Shown here: one piece after another, positions 1-13,440 of the stretch
How the letters are laid out: every line of letters starts with the position of its first letter
Position numbering within the stretch: position 1 is the first letter of the stretch
From: Hamiltosporidium tvaerminnensis FI-OER-3-3
Lineage: Eukaryota > Fungi > Microsporidia
Direction: 5' to 3'
DNA: 64,000 bases
Assembly (NCBI GenBank): GCA_022605425.2
Contig: CM061251.1
Location: forward strand, 558,001 to 622,000
Notes under the pieces: model-generated
What the model saw: only the letters and a program-made list of their open reading frames with translations
Databases searched by the model: none
Told to the model about the DNA's origin: nothing
Translations under genes and position numbers: made by a program

Positions 1-735
1 ATATTTATAATAATATTTATATAATTTTGGGTTTTTTACTTTCATATTCTTGATCCTATTCTGCTTATTGCTTGTTTTATTGGCTTGTGAGTTTTATTTA
101 AATCATTTTATATACTTTGAATGTGATTTGATTTCTGTAAATTATCCCCACTTCGGGGTTCATTTATTTTAATATTTTTGCGTAACACCTTATTTACAAT
201 TAGAGTTATGCGTAGTAGACTTATGAGTTACTCGGTTCTTTGTTGATATCCGTTGATGTCTTTTCCAGATCTTATCCGAATCTGTTATAAATTACTAAAA
301 TTATAGATTTAAACTGATTTTGTCGTTATATAGAGGATAATATTTTATAAATAAAAATTGATACTAAACACGTTTTTTTCGTTACCCTTGCTCCACTCTT
401 TCATCTTTCAATTTGAATATTTTTTATTCGATTCTTTTCTATAATTAGATTCAATGACTTGATATCGATCATTTCGCTTACAATTTATGGTTCAAAATTT
501 CGGGTTATTTTTTTCTTGCCATCATTATTTTCATTAGTGTCTATATATAATGGAGATATATATTAGGGTTAAATTAACATTTTTTTAATGGAACGCGGGA
601 TTGTCTTTTCAGTTCACCTGGCATCTGATTTTAATCTGATTATTTTCGTCGTTGCAACAAAAAACTACTATTTTATAAAATTTTGTTTAAAAAAATTGAT
701 ACATGTAAAAACAGTAATATTTTTATTGATATAAC

Positions 736-3096
736 TCAAATGGAAAGCGCCATGATCGATTCTTCATATAAGTAATTAAATAAGTATTTAGTTGGTGTTT
801 GATTATCAGTATTTATTATCGAAAGAAAATAAACCGGTAATGTAACTAGATGTTTTTTTATTGTATAAATATTCAGTCCAGATAGTTTTAAATACAATTT
901 CTCAAGGTTTTTGAAATTTATAAAGTATTTAAGATCTTCTATATCTATATCGACGAGCCATAAATCTAATTTTTTTAAAGTATTAAAAAATTTACAGTCT
1001 TTGCCTAAGTCTGAAAATTTACAGTCATAAAATATACAATTGGAAAGATTAAACTCCTCTAAAACCTCAAGATTTTTTAATCTGTTTAAATCGTAGGAAT
1101 TCAAAATGCCGGATTCATAAGAAATTATTTTTAATCGCAAGTTGCACTTTGAGCTTAACCTTGCTAGATAGCCTGGCGATGCCATACATTCGGATAGATT
1201 TAAACTTTCTAGGCAACATAGGTTTCCTAATATATCAATTTCATCAAAAATTTCTAGATTAGTATTATTTAAATCCAAAGTAACGATTTTTTTCGACATA
1301 AAATTAAGATGTTGTAGAGGTATCATAAGTGTTTTATGCAGGACACAAAAATCAAGAGTTAAGTCAATTAAATTTTCTAATTTAAATATTTCGATTAAAC
1401 CAAAAGAAGATACTTCTATGTAGGTTAAAACCAATTTTCTTAGTGATTTATAATTATTTATAAAATATAAAAACGGAGTTTCTGGATTGAAGAAAATATT
1501 TTTTAAGTGTAGAACCTTAATTTCAGACTTTTGAAATAAATAATTATAAAACACTCTACCAATAAATATTTTTTGTAAAACAAGATGGTCCAGCATTTTC
1601 ATATTTTTAATCGCTTCTAATAGAAAAGGATCGTTTTTTGAGTCATTTTTATAAGTATAAATTTTAAGTGTTCGCAATGATCGGAAATATAATAGGTAAG
1701 GAAAGAAATCAACTGATATTCCAGAAAAAGAAAAATTAATTTCAAAATATAAGACATCTTTGTCTGAAACGATCTTAACAAATTCTTTCATAAAATTTTT
1801 TTGTTGAAGTAACGTACAAAAATAAAGTATAATTTTACGAACATTTGCTACCTGTAAAAAATAATTCCACCAAGTATCTTTGAGTATAACATTTTTAAAT
1901 TCAATATATTCTAATTTTTTGCTGCAATCTGTATAATCTTGAATAAAATCGATATCTTCTATTTGTATAAGGTTACGCAATACTAATCCTTTGAGCCTTT
2001 TCTGATTTAAGAATAGACTAATAGCGTTTCTAGATATTTGAAGATTCATGAGGCATAGAAATTCAAGATCATTTCGAATGACCGATCCCAGCTTGTCTAA
2101 AAATCCTAATGATGATTGGTTTGTAAAATTTGAGATCGAAATTGATTTGAAGGTTTTGATCGAAAATATTGCGAAATTATAATTCTGTTCATAAATTTCT
2201 AAATTTATATAATTATCCACTATCAAAGATTTTATATCAAGAAAATTCAATAAAGCTTGAAAGCTATATAAAATATAGCAATTTCTTAAAATATTTTCGA
2301 ATATATAAACTACTTTGAAATTGGCTATCACTATATTTTTATAAGGAATATTTTTATTCAGTAGTGAAATATCCTGACTTACTCTACATTTATCTAACAA
2401 AATTAAATTTCCATTTTCAAAACTGTAATTCATCATAAATATATTTAAAAATGCAAATAGAAAGTTTTTCATTATTACGAATTCAAAATTCTGGAAAAAA
2501 TCATCTTGAAACGCACCGTATAAAAATAGAGGTTTACTTTTCGATCCATTATTTAAGTGATAAACGAAGTCGTAAAAAATTAAAGCCTGAAAAAGCTTTA
2601 CCATGTTTTTGTTTTCTACTGCCTTCAAATATTTCAACGTTGTTAGAATGCATTTAAACTGATAGTTACTCATATTTATAGGCATATCTGTTATATCATT
2701 CGTCATTTTTAAGATATGTGATAATTCATAACTGCATTCTACAATTCCTTTCTTGATTGTCGCATTTGAAAATAAAATGTTATTTAGCTCTTCAAAACTA
2801 ACAAAGTTCTCTTTTGTATATCTGAACCAATAATTTTCCTGGTTTACATGCTTTATATCACAGTCATGGATTATTTCAAGCCAACAATCAGTAGATATTT
2901 CCTGATCAAACGATACTTCTGTTCGGTTTTCTCGGAAGAATAAAATATCGGAATTCATATCTTTTATAAAGCTATAAATATATTCATAGGACCTAATGTT
3001 TTTTAATGATATTAAAACATAAAAGAAAATAAGCCAAACATACTTTTGCTTCAGTCTACAAAATTTTTTCATTGTATAAGTGCTAGGCAAACTCAT
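736..3096 (-). CDS. Leucine-rich-repeat protein with N-terminal hydrophobic segment (expanded microsporidian-type LRR family)
   Basis: Repeated LxxLxL motifs (LRTLKI, LESLNLSEC, LEEFNLSNC, LKKLDLW) and hydrophobic YVWLIFFYVLISL. The ATG at 3096 aligns with the start of the paralogue at 50113 and has a CCC motif upstream; the ORF track's TTG start at 3144 is unlikely. Confidence 0.85.
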   Translation of the reverse strand: MSLPSTYTMKKFCRLKQKYVWLIFFYVLISLKNIRSYEYIYSFIKDMNSDILFFRENRTEVSFDQEISTDCWLEIIHDCDIKHVNQENYWFRYTKENFVSFEELNNILFSNATIKKGIVECSYELSHILKMTNDITDMPINMSNYQFKCILTTLKYLKAVENKNMVKLFQALIFYDFVYHLNNGSKSKPLFLYGAFQDDFFQNFEFVIMKNFLFAFLNIFMMNYSFENGNLILLDKCRVSQDISLLNKNIPYKNIVIANFKVVYIFENILRNCYILYSFQALLNFLDIKSLIVDNYINLEIYEQNYNFAIFSIKTFKSISISNFTNQSSLGFLDKLGSVIRNDLEFLCLMNLQISRNAISLFLNQKRLKGLVLRNLIQIEDIDFIQDYTDCSKKLEYIEFKNVILKDTWWNYFLQVANVRKIILYFCTLLQQKNFMKEFVKIVSDKDVLYFEINFSFSGISVDFFPYLLYFRSLRTLKIYTYKNDSKNDPFLLEAIKNMKMLDHLVLQKIFIGRVFYNYLFQKSEIKVLHLKNIFFNPETPFLYFINNYKSLRKLVLTYIEVSSFGLIEIFKLENLIDLTLDFCVLHKTLMIPLQHLNFMSKKIVTLDLNNTNLEIFDEIDILGNLCCLESLNLSECMASPGYLARLSSKCNLRLKIISYESGILNSYDLNRLKNLEVLEEFNLSNCIFYDCKFSDLGKDCKFFNTLKKLDLWLVDIDIEDLKYFINFKNLEKLYLKLSGLNIYTIKKHLVTLPVYFLSIINTDNQTPTKYLFNYLYEESIMALSI

Positions 3097-3553
3097 TATG
3101 AAATATAATACAGGGTTTTTTAATTTCTTCTTATAAAAAACCAATGATTAAATAAATGCTTTTTATCTTAGATAAATGAAAAAATTCCAAAAATACATTT
3201 CGTAGCACCTTTAAAGATTCTGTATAAATTTATTATTTGATTTGTAAAAAATCAATCCAGTGTGTTTTTATTGGCATTTCGGAATATAAACTACGTCTAA
3301 AAATATCTTATCTTTCAATTAAAATATGGATTTTTTAATCTAATACTTTTAATTAAAATTTACACATTTTGCTAATTATCTATAGTAATAAAATAAAAAA
3401 TTCTACTTTTTTTTCCGATAAGCTTTTAAAATAGTTTAGGATAGAAACACCTATATTCTTACTTTATAGATAAATAGAAATCCAAATGATAAATTTAGTT
3501 GGTTTTATCAATTATATAATTATTCTATTTTTAAATTCTTTTTTTAACAATTA

Positions 3554-4266
3554 CGAGGGAGTATAACCACATAAAAAACTTTCTGCTTGGCAAAGAGTAT
3601 GTGAAACTGATGTGAAGATTGTTGTTTAAATTTTTAGTGGGAATAAAACCATGCTGCATCTTCGGTTGTTCCATGAGAGTTTGTATGAAGAGGAGAAGGT
3701 CTAAGAAATGGCGAAATTTTTTACTACAAATTTATTTGTAGTTTTTTATGTAAATAGATGGAAGACCGAAGCTGGACATAATGGTAATTGTCATTAAAAA
3801 GCATTGAGAACTAGCCTTGGTCACTCGGGTTAGAAGACTTAGCGCCTGGAAGATATAAAAAATAAAACCATTTAAAGCTGGGATATCTAAGAAGTAGGTT
3901 ATATCTGTTGGTATGACATTGCATTGTCCATGTGGCTCCATGTAAGTCTCATAAATATAACTAAGTTAAAAGTTTATTGGGTTCAGAAAGTATAGAGGGA
4001 GTGGGAATGCTGCATATTCTTGGGGAGCTTCGGTCTTCGATCACACTTCATGCACAAACATTAACGAACTCAGGGCAATCTCTCGCAAATTAATTAGGTT
4101 CGTCACACCTGTTAGATGAAAGGTTTTGGGACGTAGGTATCGCAGGGGGTAATGATGGAGTTTCGGAGTAGCAGTTATTTATTTTAAACCTAGAACTGCG
4201 TTAATCCCATGAAAACAAATATAACACTTTTCACTGTATAAAAAAGATGTGATACTTTTAAATAAA
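3554..4266 (+). repeat. Long (~700 bp) copy L1 of dispersed non-coding family
   Basis: Colinear with 37261-37988 (~75-80% identity by eye). Begins GAGGGAGTATAACCACAT and ends AAGATGTGATACTTTTAAATAAA. Strand gives consensus orientation only. Confidence 0.9.
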
Positions 4267-6332
4267 GTTAGCAATTATTTTTAATCCTTGTTTTTAATAT
4301 TTTTAATTTCGAATTGGGTTCTTAATCTTTTTTACCGGCATGATTCTTAATATTTACTTATATATCATGTTTATATTGCGTTTCGGAATCAAAAACTTTA
4401 TATTTAATGCACAACTTGTCTTAAATTTGGTTCAAATCTTCTGCTTTTGATTTGATAATCTGTAGGTTGTATGGACTGGTTTTTTTAGAAATTTAAAATA
4501 GGTTTCAATGTCTGTTCCTAATAATTCGGCAAGTATATGCTCATGGTATTTTTTTCTATATGCTCAAATAAATTATTATCTTTACAGATTGTAATAAATA
4601 TTTGTATATTCAACAAAAATTTTCATTGTAGAACTTCAGTTACTTTATAATATCATTTCGAGTTCCCATGAAATAAATAATTTCTAATAACACTTCTATT
4701 ACTACGAAATTTTATTCTCATTAAGTGCATTCTCTAATTCTTGTGTTATATCCCCGAAAAGATTTAAAAGACAAGTGAGTTAGTATAAACACAGTTCCTA
4801 TTGTTTTAAACGGAATTTATATTCTATAATACGATCAAAATTCTTATTTTGATTCAAATTATAATTTAAATAATATTGTATATCAGTTTAAGGTTAATGA
4901 ATTTGAGAAATGAAGACTTTTATATCTTTTAAATAACATATTTCAATGTCAAATAAGTAAATTTTTTGGCGTTTTGAAGCTTAATTATAGCATTTTATTG
5001 GCCTATAGTATATTTATATTATGTATTTTTGTGTTTTTCATAAATATTCTGAAATCAATATGAGAAATAAATTGTGAATCGTTGTAAATTTTATGCTTTT
5101 GATGACAAATTATTTTATTTTTCTATGCAATTTATAATATGCTTAGTTAATATATATTGTGCCTGTTATAAAAAGTTTTTAAGTTAAAAATATGAATCAT
5201 TATACAGCAAAACTTCTTATCTTGAATTTTAAACTTAGTAGCGGCTTTGAACCAAGCGGTTTTTTTTCGCAAAAACGCACGGTTTGTTTTTAATGCTACT
5301 GTTTCAAGCTCTCTCACGTCTGATTTTCTCATAAACGTTTTTTTTCTATGCCACAACCTAAACAGGGCCTTTTGTTTTTCAAACTGTTTGTGATTTTTAT
5401 AAATTTTAATCAACGCTTTATAATGGGTCCGATAGAGACACCTTCATCTATGCTATCTGCCACTAAAATAATGCCTTTGTGGAAGATGTTAAATATGGAG
5501 AAAATAATATTTTTAGATATGATATAAAAGGGCATATAATCGTATAGGCTGTATGTAATTTCCGCATAAATGAGTCTTTTTTGTTTTGTTTTCAAAGAAG
5601 TGGCGGAATTTCTATCGTAAAATATAATCACTTTAACAAATGAACAAAGCAAGTTTTGACAATTTTAATAAGTTGATAATAAAAATAAAATATTATTTAG
5701 GCGTTTAGATTGACGAAAGTATCAAAAAGATACTGTTAGATTTAATAGTAATCTAGGAAAATCAAAACAGTCTATCAGTTTCTCACAAAAGAGGAACAAA
5801 ACACATAAATTTTTAAAAACTTATGTAAATTCACAGGCGACTAAGTGTATTCGAGGCGTTCAGAAGAATATACGCAAAAAACGGTCGTTTTTAAAGAATA
5901 ATCTGCACCATTGGCCAAAAAATACCAGAGAACTATGTAAATATACCAGCGAACTAATTTTTTTCAGAACAAGAGTATAATATTAAAAAGATGAGTCACC
6001 TGACTGATACAGTGCATTCATAAAAAAGCTATTATTATAAAGATTTTTTATGAGAATAAAACCGATGTTACTGGCTTAAAAGCAGAGGTCTCTAAACTAC
6101 GGCCTGCGGACATGTATTTTCTGGCCCACAACGATTTTTTTTAAATTAGAAAATATAAACAAAAAAAGATAAATCCTACAAACGAATTGCAATTTAGAGT
6201 AATTTAGGCATGAACATAAAATAAAAAGAAAATTCATAGAGTTTCATTATTTTTTTTAAACTAGCAATTATTTTTTTATTATTCTACACTAAAAAATAAA
6301 AATGAAATAAAAAAAATATATGGCCCAATTTA

Positions 6333-8120
6333 TTATTTTTTAAATGGTGTAGTTAAGGTTTTTGTGTGCCAATTTGTTAAAATTGCGGTTAAATTTGCCA
6401 GTGGAATTACTAGTAACGACTTCACGTGCTTATCTGTTAATTTAAATCTGTAAATATTTTTTGTATATATAATTTTAGTGAATGTTTCTTCGCGCAAATA
6501 GGTAGAGCCGAAAGCAAAGATCAAAAATCGAGCAAATTTATGCATTGGATTAAATTGCGTGGCTGGAAACTCTTATAAGTTCTAGTAATAATTTATTTGT
6601 GTATTTTTCTTTATAAATATCACTAAATTGCAAGTCTATTACTTCAAATTGAAGTTTTAGGGCTAGAGTTCCGACATTAGCTGTAAAAAGATTTTGAAAA
6701 ATTTTAGTATCTTTTGCTACTAAATCGAAATCAGAAAAACTAGAATCAAAATTTAGTTTCAAATTTCCAAAGTTTTCATTGCAAACTCATATGAAAATAG
6801 GGACTCTGTTTGTTCACTAAATTTTTTGCATGTATTAAAACGGGTGAGGCATTTTTTGTTTATTTGAGATTAAAGATCAACTATTTTATGACAAAATTAT
6901 TTAATATAAGTATATAATTCGGCAGCATCTAATTTTTTTTTGCCAATTTAGATCGATTTCATTCATTCGATACCTTAAATCCGTATGAAAAGTTGACTTT
7001 CATAGCCATTCATTACCTTGTAACCTAGCAAGAGCACGATTTCTTTCATTTAAAAAATTTCGATTATTGTTCTAAGTTTGAAAAACTGCATCAAGACCTT
7101 TTCATAAATGAGCTAGCGAATTGCAGTATATTATGGCAGTTCATTTTCTTCAATTTCTTCAAGGAACTCACGGAATTGACATGATTAAGTGCATACGATT
7201 TCATATATTTAAAACTTGATATTACTGGATTTGAAACCCTCGATATGTCCTAACATTTTCCACAACGAGACTGTTGATGAACAACACAATGTATTATAAA
7301 TGGTTTTGAGCCACCATAGTTATCTACGGCTTTTGATACGAGAGCAACGGCACCTTTATTCGTTCCAACCATATTTTTCCAGATCTATTTAATACACTTC
7401 AATTTTTTCTATCGAAAATTGGTTGTTTAATAGATTTTTCGACTTCTGTAAAAAATATTTTGTCAAGTAGTCCTGCTGTGAATGCCAAGATGCCTAAAAC
7501 TTTCCTTATATTTCATGATTTTCATTAATTCCTCGAATAAAGAACAACCCCTAGGTTATATATGAAGCATAATTGACTCATCTAAGACCAGAGAAAACCA
7601 TTCTAAGTGTCTATTTTTGTCGGAAAATTGTTTAATTATGTTTCTGCAATGTCGTCTGTTCTTCTCGCTACTGTATTGGGAGACAAACTGATGTTTTTTA
7701 ACCTACTAACTTTTTCTGGACACATTTAAAATGCTGCACAATGATACAATTTTTTATTAAGTAGTCGTCTTTAAACGGCTTACCACGTTTAGCTAACAAA
7801 TTAGCTACGTACAAACTGGCTCGAGTTGCTGCTTCTGACCTAGCATTTACATTCTTGAAAAAAGATTTTCGAGATCCAAAACTGGGTTTTAAGGTTTCAT
7901 ATTTGAATAATCGTAAACTTCTAGCATATTTCGAGTAATTATGGGAATTTTTTGTTACATACTGACGTTTTATATGCAATCCTTGAAAAATAATATAGTT
8001 TCATCACAAATAACACACATTACGCATTAACTCATTCAATAAAAAATTATTTACTAGCCATTTTTGTTTAAATGTTCTGCATTCACTATCCATCTTTCTT
8101 TTTTTGCCAGTATTCCTTTA
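6333..8120 (-). pseudogene. hAT transposase pseudogene
   Basis: Fragments AKKRKMDSECRTFKQKW, ATRASLYVANLLAKRGKPF, LQFEVIDLQ and the dimerisation motif FGSTYLREETF..RFKLTDKHV, broken by stops and frameshifts. Confidence 0.85.
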
Positions 8121-8393
8121 TATTCAAATTAAAAAATATAAAATATGAAAAAAAATTAAAAACGAATAAAATATATTTTGTAAGAGATTTTTAATTCGAA
8201 AATTGAATTTATAAGTTTCTTAACCGGAGTTGAAAGGCAACTAACAAAAAACCTAAAGCTTATAAAGTTAGGATGTTTTATTTTTCCTTAGAAAAAAGTC
8301 TAGGGCGGGTATTTTAAGGATTTTAACATAACACAATACTATTGATTGTAAAATATTGATAAGAATGAGGTAAAAAACGATTAAAGGCATATA

Positions 8394-9802
8394 GGGTTTT
8401 TCGATCCATATCATAATATTTACAATCAAAATAATAATTATTTTTAACAAATAAAAATTCGAAAAAATAAAATTTAAAATAGCACGTGAGATTTATTATT
8501 CAAGAATCACTTATTTTGCTTTAGCATTCTGCAAATACACTAACATTTTTCGATAAAAAAAATACAATATTATCCTGCGATCTCATTAAATTTTTCACAA
8601 ATTAATATTCTCAACTGAGGCTCAGTACGAGCACCACCAGGAATCATCTTATTTTTTCAGACTGAGATTACATTCCCAATTGGATTAAGAAATGGAGAGT
8701 AAGGTAGAAGGTATTTTATTCGATACGAGGCAATTTCTTCATCATCATTCAATCCAGGATACTGATGAATTCTCGCATTGTCAATTACAAAGATAGGACT
8801 CAAAATTCCCTGCCTTTATTAACTTTATTAATCCCCTTAATAAATAATTTGAAGTCCTCCCAGTTACAACCCTCTCATGGATCTTATAATATACTATGCC
8901 ATATTTTTTCATTGCTGCGACTTCCGAAATATTTCTACTCCGGGCTGCAGTTGCAGATAGGTATGGAGTTTCGCTTTTCATATTACGACATCTACCAGGG
9001 TATTTTACTACCGAAACCCGACTTCATCTTAAAAGACAAAGTCTTTGTCCTTGTTATCAACCTCCAACTCACGAAAACTAATTGCTTAATTGGTCCTGGG
9101 CTTAATTGTCGAAGGTGAATTTCTACGCTCAGCCACCAATGCTACACGTTTTGGAGTGTAATAGGAATTCCTAGTGTGCGATCAATTTTACTAGTTGGTA
9201 CGTCAACATTAAATGTACTTTTGACCCATTCCGTCTACTCATGCTGGGTTTTTGACCACTCCAAATCAACAAAGGTTTGTAAGCTCTCTTTGATTTCCAA
9301 AGTTAACTCTGAGCGCCTATCCCCACCTCTTTTCTCGACAAATACCAAGCCGGTTTTTAAATATCGTTTAACGATATTATTAAGCATCTGGTAATTTATT
9401 CGATACATCGAGGCAAATGCAGACATAAAATGGCCTCCCAATGTCTTTTCAATTATGCGTTCCTAATCATTATTGGAAAATATTTGCTTCCTCGGAGTTG
9501 GAATGGTGGCTAGTGTGAGATTTTCAACTCGTGATTCCGATGTAATAACAAGACACTCCAAACCATTTTCATTTTCACGCTCTATACGTTCTGGTGTTTC
9601 CCTGATATGAAAACGATATTTCTTTTTGTTGGTATTTTGACTTGGAAAAGAGTTTGACATGAGAGTCAATTTTTAATGAAATAAACTATTTTTTAAATTT
9701 TTATTTGTTAAAAATAATTATTATATTCATTGCAAGGATATGTATATTGATCAAAAAATTCTGATATTGATTGCAAAGATTATTATATTGATCGAAAACT
9801 CC
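8394..9802 (-). mobile_element. Degenerate Tc1/IS630-like transposon, same family as 53266-54998
   Basis: TA|GGGTTTTTCGATC ... GATCGAAAACTCC|TA termini. Frameshifted transposase pieces match the 53542-54711 protein (YLKTGLVFVEKRGGDRRS, YLSATAARSRNIS). Confidence 0.9.
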
Positions 9803-9842
9803 TATAATTATAGGTTATTTTTTTATCATTTAACACAACCAA

Positions 9843-10068
9843 CGGACTGGCGTAGTGGTAAAGATCTCGTACTCTCGTACGATAAGTCAAAAATTCGAAG
9901 CCGTACTGAAGAGCCTTTTACCTGTCTTTCCGGTCAAACACTAGTTGGTTTGGCGAGGTCTCAAGGCATACTTGAATACGTGCGGAATAAGAATTTAGGT
10001 GGTTTCCTGGTCAATATTGTAACTTTGGGCTGGATATTCCGATGTTATTGACCACCGCTACCTTTAAA
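9843..10068 (+). mobile_element. tRNA-derived SINE-like element (tRNA-Glu(CTC)-like head)
   Basis: A box TGGCGTAGTGG, arm TCGTAC-TCTC-GTACGA, degenerate B box ATTCGAAGCC, then a GC-richer body with GGTCAATA...TATTGACC stem. No acceptor stem. Confidence 0.5.
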
Positions 10069-10288
10069 ATTGATAATATAAGAGTAAAATAAAAGGTTTC
10101 TACCATACGGCCTGTAAGAAAAGCGTAAACAGCGGCAGTATAAATGAATAAAAACATTAATCAAGCAATTTCTTTGTGTTATTCAAGTCAATGATAAGAT
10201 TATAAAAGAATCCTTTGTAATTTAGCGTTTCTTTTGAAGTTATACACATCTATTTGATTCTTTCTTACATTTTCTTTTATAATGTTAA

Positions 10289-11080
10289 TTGTCGTAATCC
10301 TATCGGTCTCGTTTATTTAAAAGGAATTTTTTTCTAACGAAGGGAAACCATTAAAATATGGGTTTGCTAGAAAAAATTTATTTATTTTTCATGATCAAAT
10401 TGTTTGCCGAATATTCTAAGTCGAAAAGTTTCAAAGAAAGTTCAAAATTTGAATGTAAAAATCAAAAAAAGTCAATAATAAATTTAAAAAAAATTATTCT
10501 TCCTTGAAAAACTGTTTTTGAATTAAAAATATAGTGTTTTAATTTTCCATGTTGTCAGTTCGAATCTCAAGAAATTATAAAATATTTTCTTTTGAAAACG
10601 TTTCATACGCCTTTTCTTTGTCAAAAATACTTTTTGATCTTTTTATAGGTTTTTTGTGTATTTCCTAATTTTAATAGGCTAATTATTTACTCTTTCTTCT
10701 TTTTCTTAAAATTACTTTGCTTTGGCATAAAGGAAATTAAATTGAAATAAACAAAAATCAATAATACATATAAAGACACTATGAAATAAACAATTTATTG
10801 CCCAAATGATAAAAGTAAATTCGAACCATCTTTTTATAGTTGTTTGTCATAATTTTTTTGCTTCATTTGGTTTAAAAAACCAACTAAGAAAATATAACGA
10901 AAAAAAATCGAAAAAAAGAATAGAAACAGGAGATAAGCAGAAAGCAAAAAAACAACATTAAAATATGTATTTGTACTATACATGAAAGTTTTAATGATTT
11001 TCTTAATCATTTTTTCGAAAAAAAAATCTCTATACATAAAGGGGGAAAATGGGACATGACTGACCGATAGGATTACGAAA
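10289..11080. mobile_element. MITE with ~19-bp TIRs flanked by TTAA
   Basis: TTAA|TTGTCGTAATCCTATCGGTC ... GACCGATAGGATTACGAAA|TTAA with an AT-rich non-coding interior. Confidence 0.7.
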
Positions 11081-11489
11081 TTAATTTATCCTTTTAATAT
11101 TAATTTTTAAAAATATTTTAAGATACATCTTGATATTTTTAAACGTCTGTAAAAATTTTTAAACATTTCATAATCAAATATTAATAAAAAAAATTGATGA
11201 AATATTTTCCGGTACGTTGGCATGAAAAGCAAAAAATATTTTTAGCCCGCGAGATTTTTTATAGGCTTCAGTGCGCTCTCTAGATAAAAAGTTTAGAGAT
11301 CCCATGAAATAGTTTTTAAAGTATAAATTTAACAAAAATTTAATCCCAGAAAAGTTATTTTAACTATGATAGAAATAAGTTGATAGCTAAAATACCTAAA
11401 AGAAAGCAATTTTGCGAGTTCTTTATTTTCATTGCAGACAATCAAATTATTATTTAAAAACCAAAATTACGAATTAATAGAAGAAAAAC

Positions 11490-12640
11490 TGTTTATAATG
11501 AAGATGAAAAAAAAAACATCAAGAAGCTTTTGTAGAAGACTATTTTGAAATACAAAATGGAATATCCGAGGCTCTATATTATCTGGTATCAGAGGAAATA
11601 AGAAGGTGTATAAAAACACTGAAACACGATGTATCGATTCAAAAACATGAAGAATAAACGAATATCTTTCAAAATGTTTAATCTATACGAAATATAAGCT
11701 ATAATCCACGCCTGTAAATAATACTAATAGCTTCAAAACACCTCCGGCACATCGTGCAAATAGATTATGTTGATTTAAGAAGAGTTTCCAATTAAAATAA
11801 TGGAAATGAATGGTTTGAAAATGCAATCAATAACTCTTTTTTTGTTTTCATTTGAAAATAAAACGGCTTTAAACGTTTAATCTCCACCAAAGCAACTATT
11901 TATATATGAAGGTGCTATGAAGTTTTTCAAATCGACAACGATAGGGAATTTAACAATTATTATGTATCAAAATATTATTTTTCAAGAACGTATAATTGGA
12001 AAGAGAAATTCAGAACATCCCCGAACCCAAGGTCAGGTCGAAAGAGTTAATCAAACGTTGTAAAAAAATTCCCAAGGCATTATCTGGTTTCGAGAAAAAT
12101 TGGGTCGAAATTCTTATTAAGATTGTATTTGAATGTAATTAGTCATAGAGTAAGTCCATAAATACGTCACCTAGGCAGGAATTTAGAGGCGAAAAGGTAG
12201 AACTATATTGCTTTGTATAGCTATCGAAACAGAAAATAAAGAAATATAAGGAATTTTAGGCGAGGAATTATGCATTGAATACAATTTATATTTTACTGAA
12301 GAAATAAATAGTATCCCGGTTAATGGTGATGTGAAGCAGCAAGCCGCTATTTTTAGCCTTAAAAGGGTTGATATAAATAATAGAGACACTTATACTTCAG
12401 AAATGTTTATCGACGCTGATGTTAGTCAGCTTTGCATCGTATTTAATCCAAGGGACGTGACGCGTATTCGAAGATCCTTAAAAGCAATCATTTGACATAG
12501 AGATAAAATCGAAAGTTTTACCGAGAACAAACCGAATCATTTAAATGAGAGTTGGCTCTGATAATTTAAGCGTCTCCAATAAGAATATCCAGACTTAGCA
12601 AAGGTTATAAGTAAAAACAGACTAAAGAGGCTATATAAAT
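11490..12640 (+). pseudogene. rve integrase relic (KRBA2/SCAND3/Ginger-like)
   Basis: Broken frames give HIVQIDYVDLR, DNDREF (cf. DNGREF) and HPRTQGQVERVNQTL. Confidence 0.75.
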
Positions 12641-13440
12641 TAAATACTGCTTGTTCCTATTCTTTCTCCATTGATTTCTCTTTTTTTTATTTGCTTTTTT
12701 CTTTCTCAGTTTATTATTTTCTTATTTTTTTGTATTTTTATTGTATAGTATTGTTGCCTTCTCGCAAAAATGACTCTATGTATAAGTAAACTACACATAT
12801 ATCGGTACGACATTTAGTATAAATAGAAAAAGAAAAAGTAAGAAATCTGAAAGAAAATTATGCGTAAACATTTACCTGTGTACATATAAAGCAGGTTGTA
12901 TTTAGCATTTTTTTGGTCTGTAAAGTAATTTCTTTTCTAGCAGTCGAGTGTTTTAGACAATAAATTACATATTTTGTTTTTCTTTCACACCAGATTAGGC
13001 ATTAAGCTATATAAAACCCTATCCAGTTATTTTTTTTTAACAAGAATAACCATTTTAAGAACAAAGATTAATATTATTTGAAAATTATAAACTCATAAAT
13101 AAAAATCTTACCTAACAAAAGTTTTAAGCAGGTAAAATAATTTGCAATATTGCATTTTAAGTTTTAATTCCTGCAAAACCATAAAAATAAATGGTAATAA
13201 ATTTAACTTTCAAACTAATTATTGGATTATTTTTTAAATTTTGCATCGTATTAATGAATCAGCAACAATAAAAACTAAATAAATTTAAAATAAATTATTC
13301 GCAATTAGGCATTAAATAAGCTAATAACATAAACCTACTTTGTTATTGAATAAAGAGCTTAAAAAACATAAAAATAAATAAATAAATTTACCAAACATAA
13401 GTTTTATTCATTGGAACATAATTCAAACTCATAACTTTAA

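Larger units (their letters stand above)
6083..11306 (-). mobile_element. Decayed hAT (SPIN/Charlie/GTF2IRD2-like) DNA transposon with nested insertions
   Basis: Ends CAGAGGTCTCTAAACT (6083) and AGTTTAGAGATCCCATG (11290-11306) are imperfect inverted repeats. Both subterminal regions match the two ends of the MITE at 56175-56899. TSD not retained. Confidence 0.75.
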
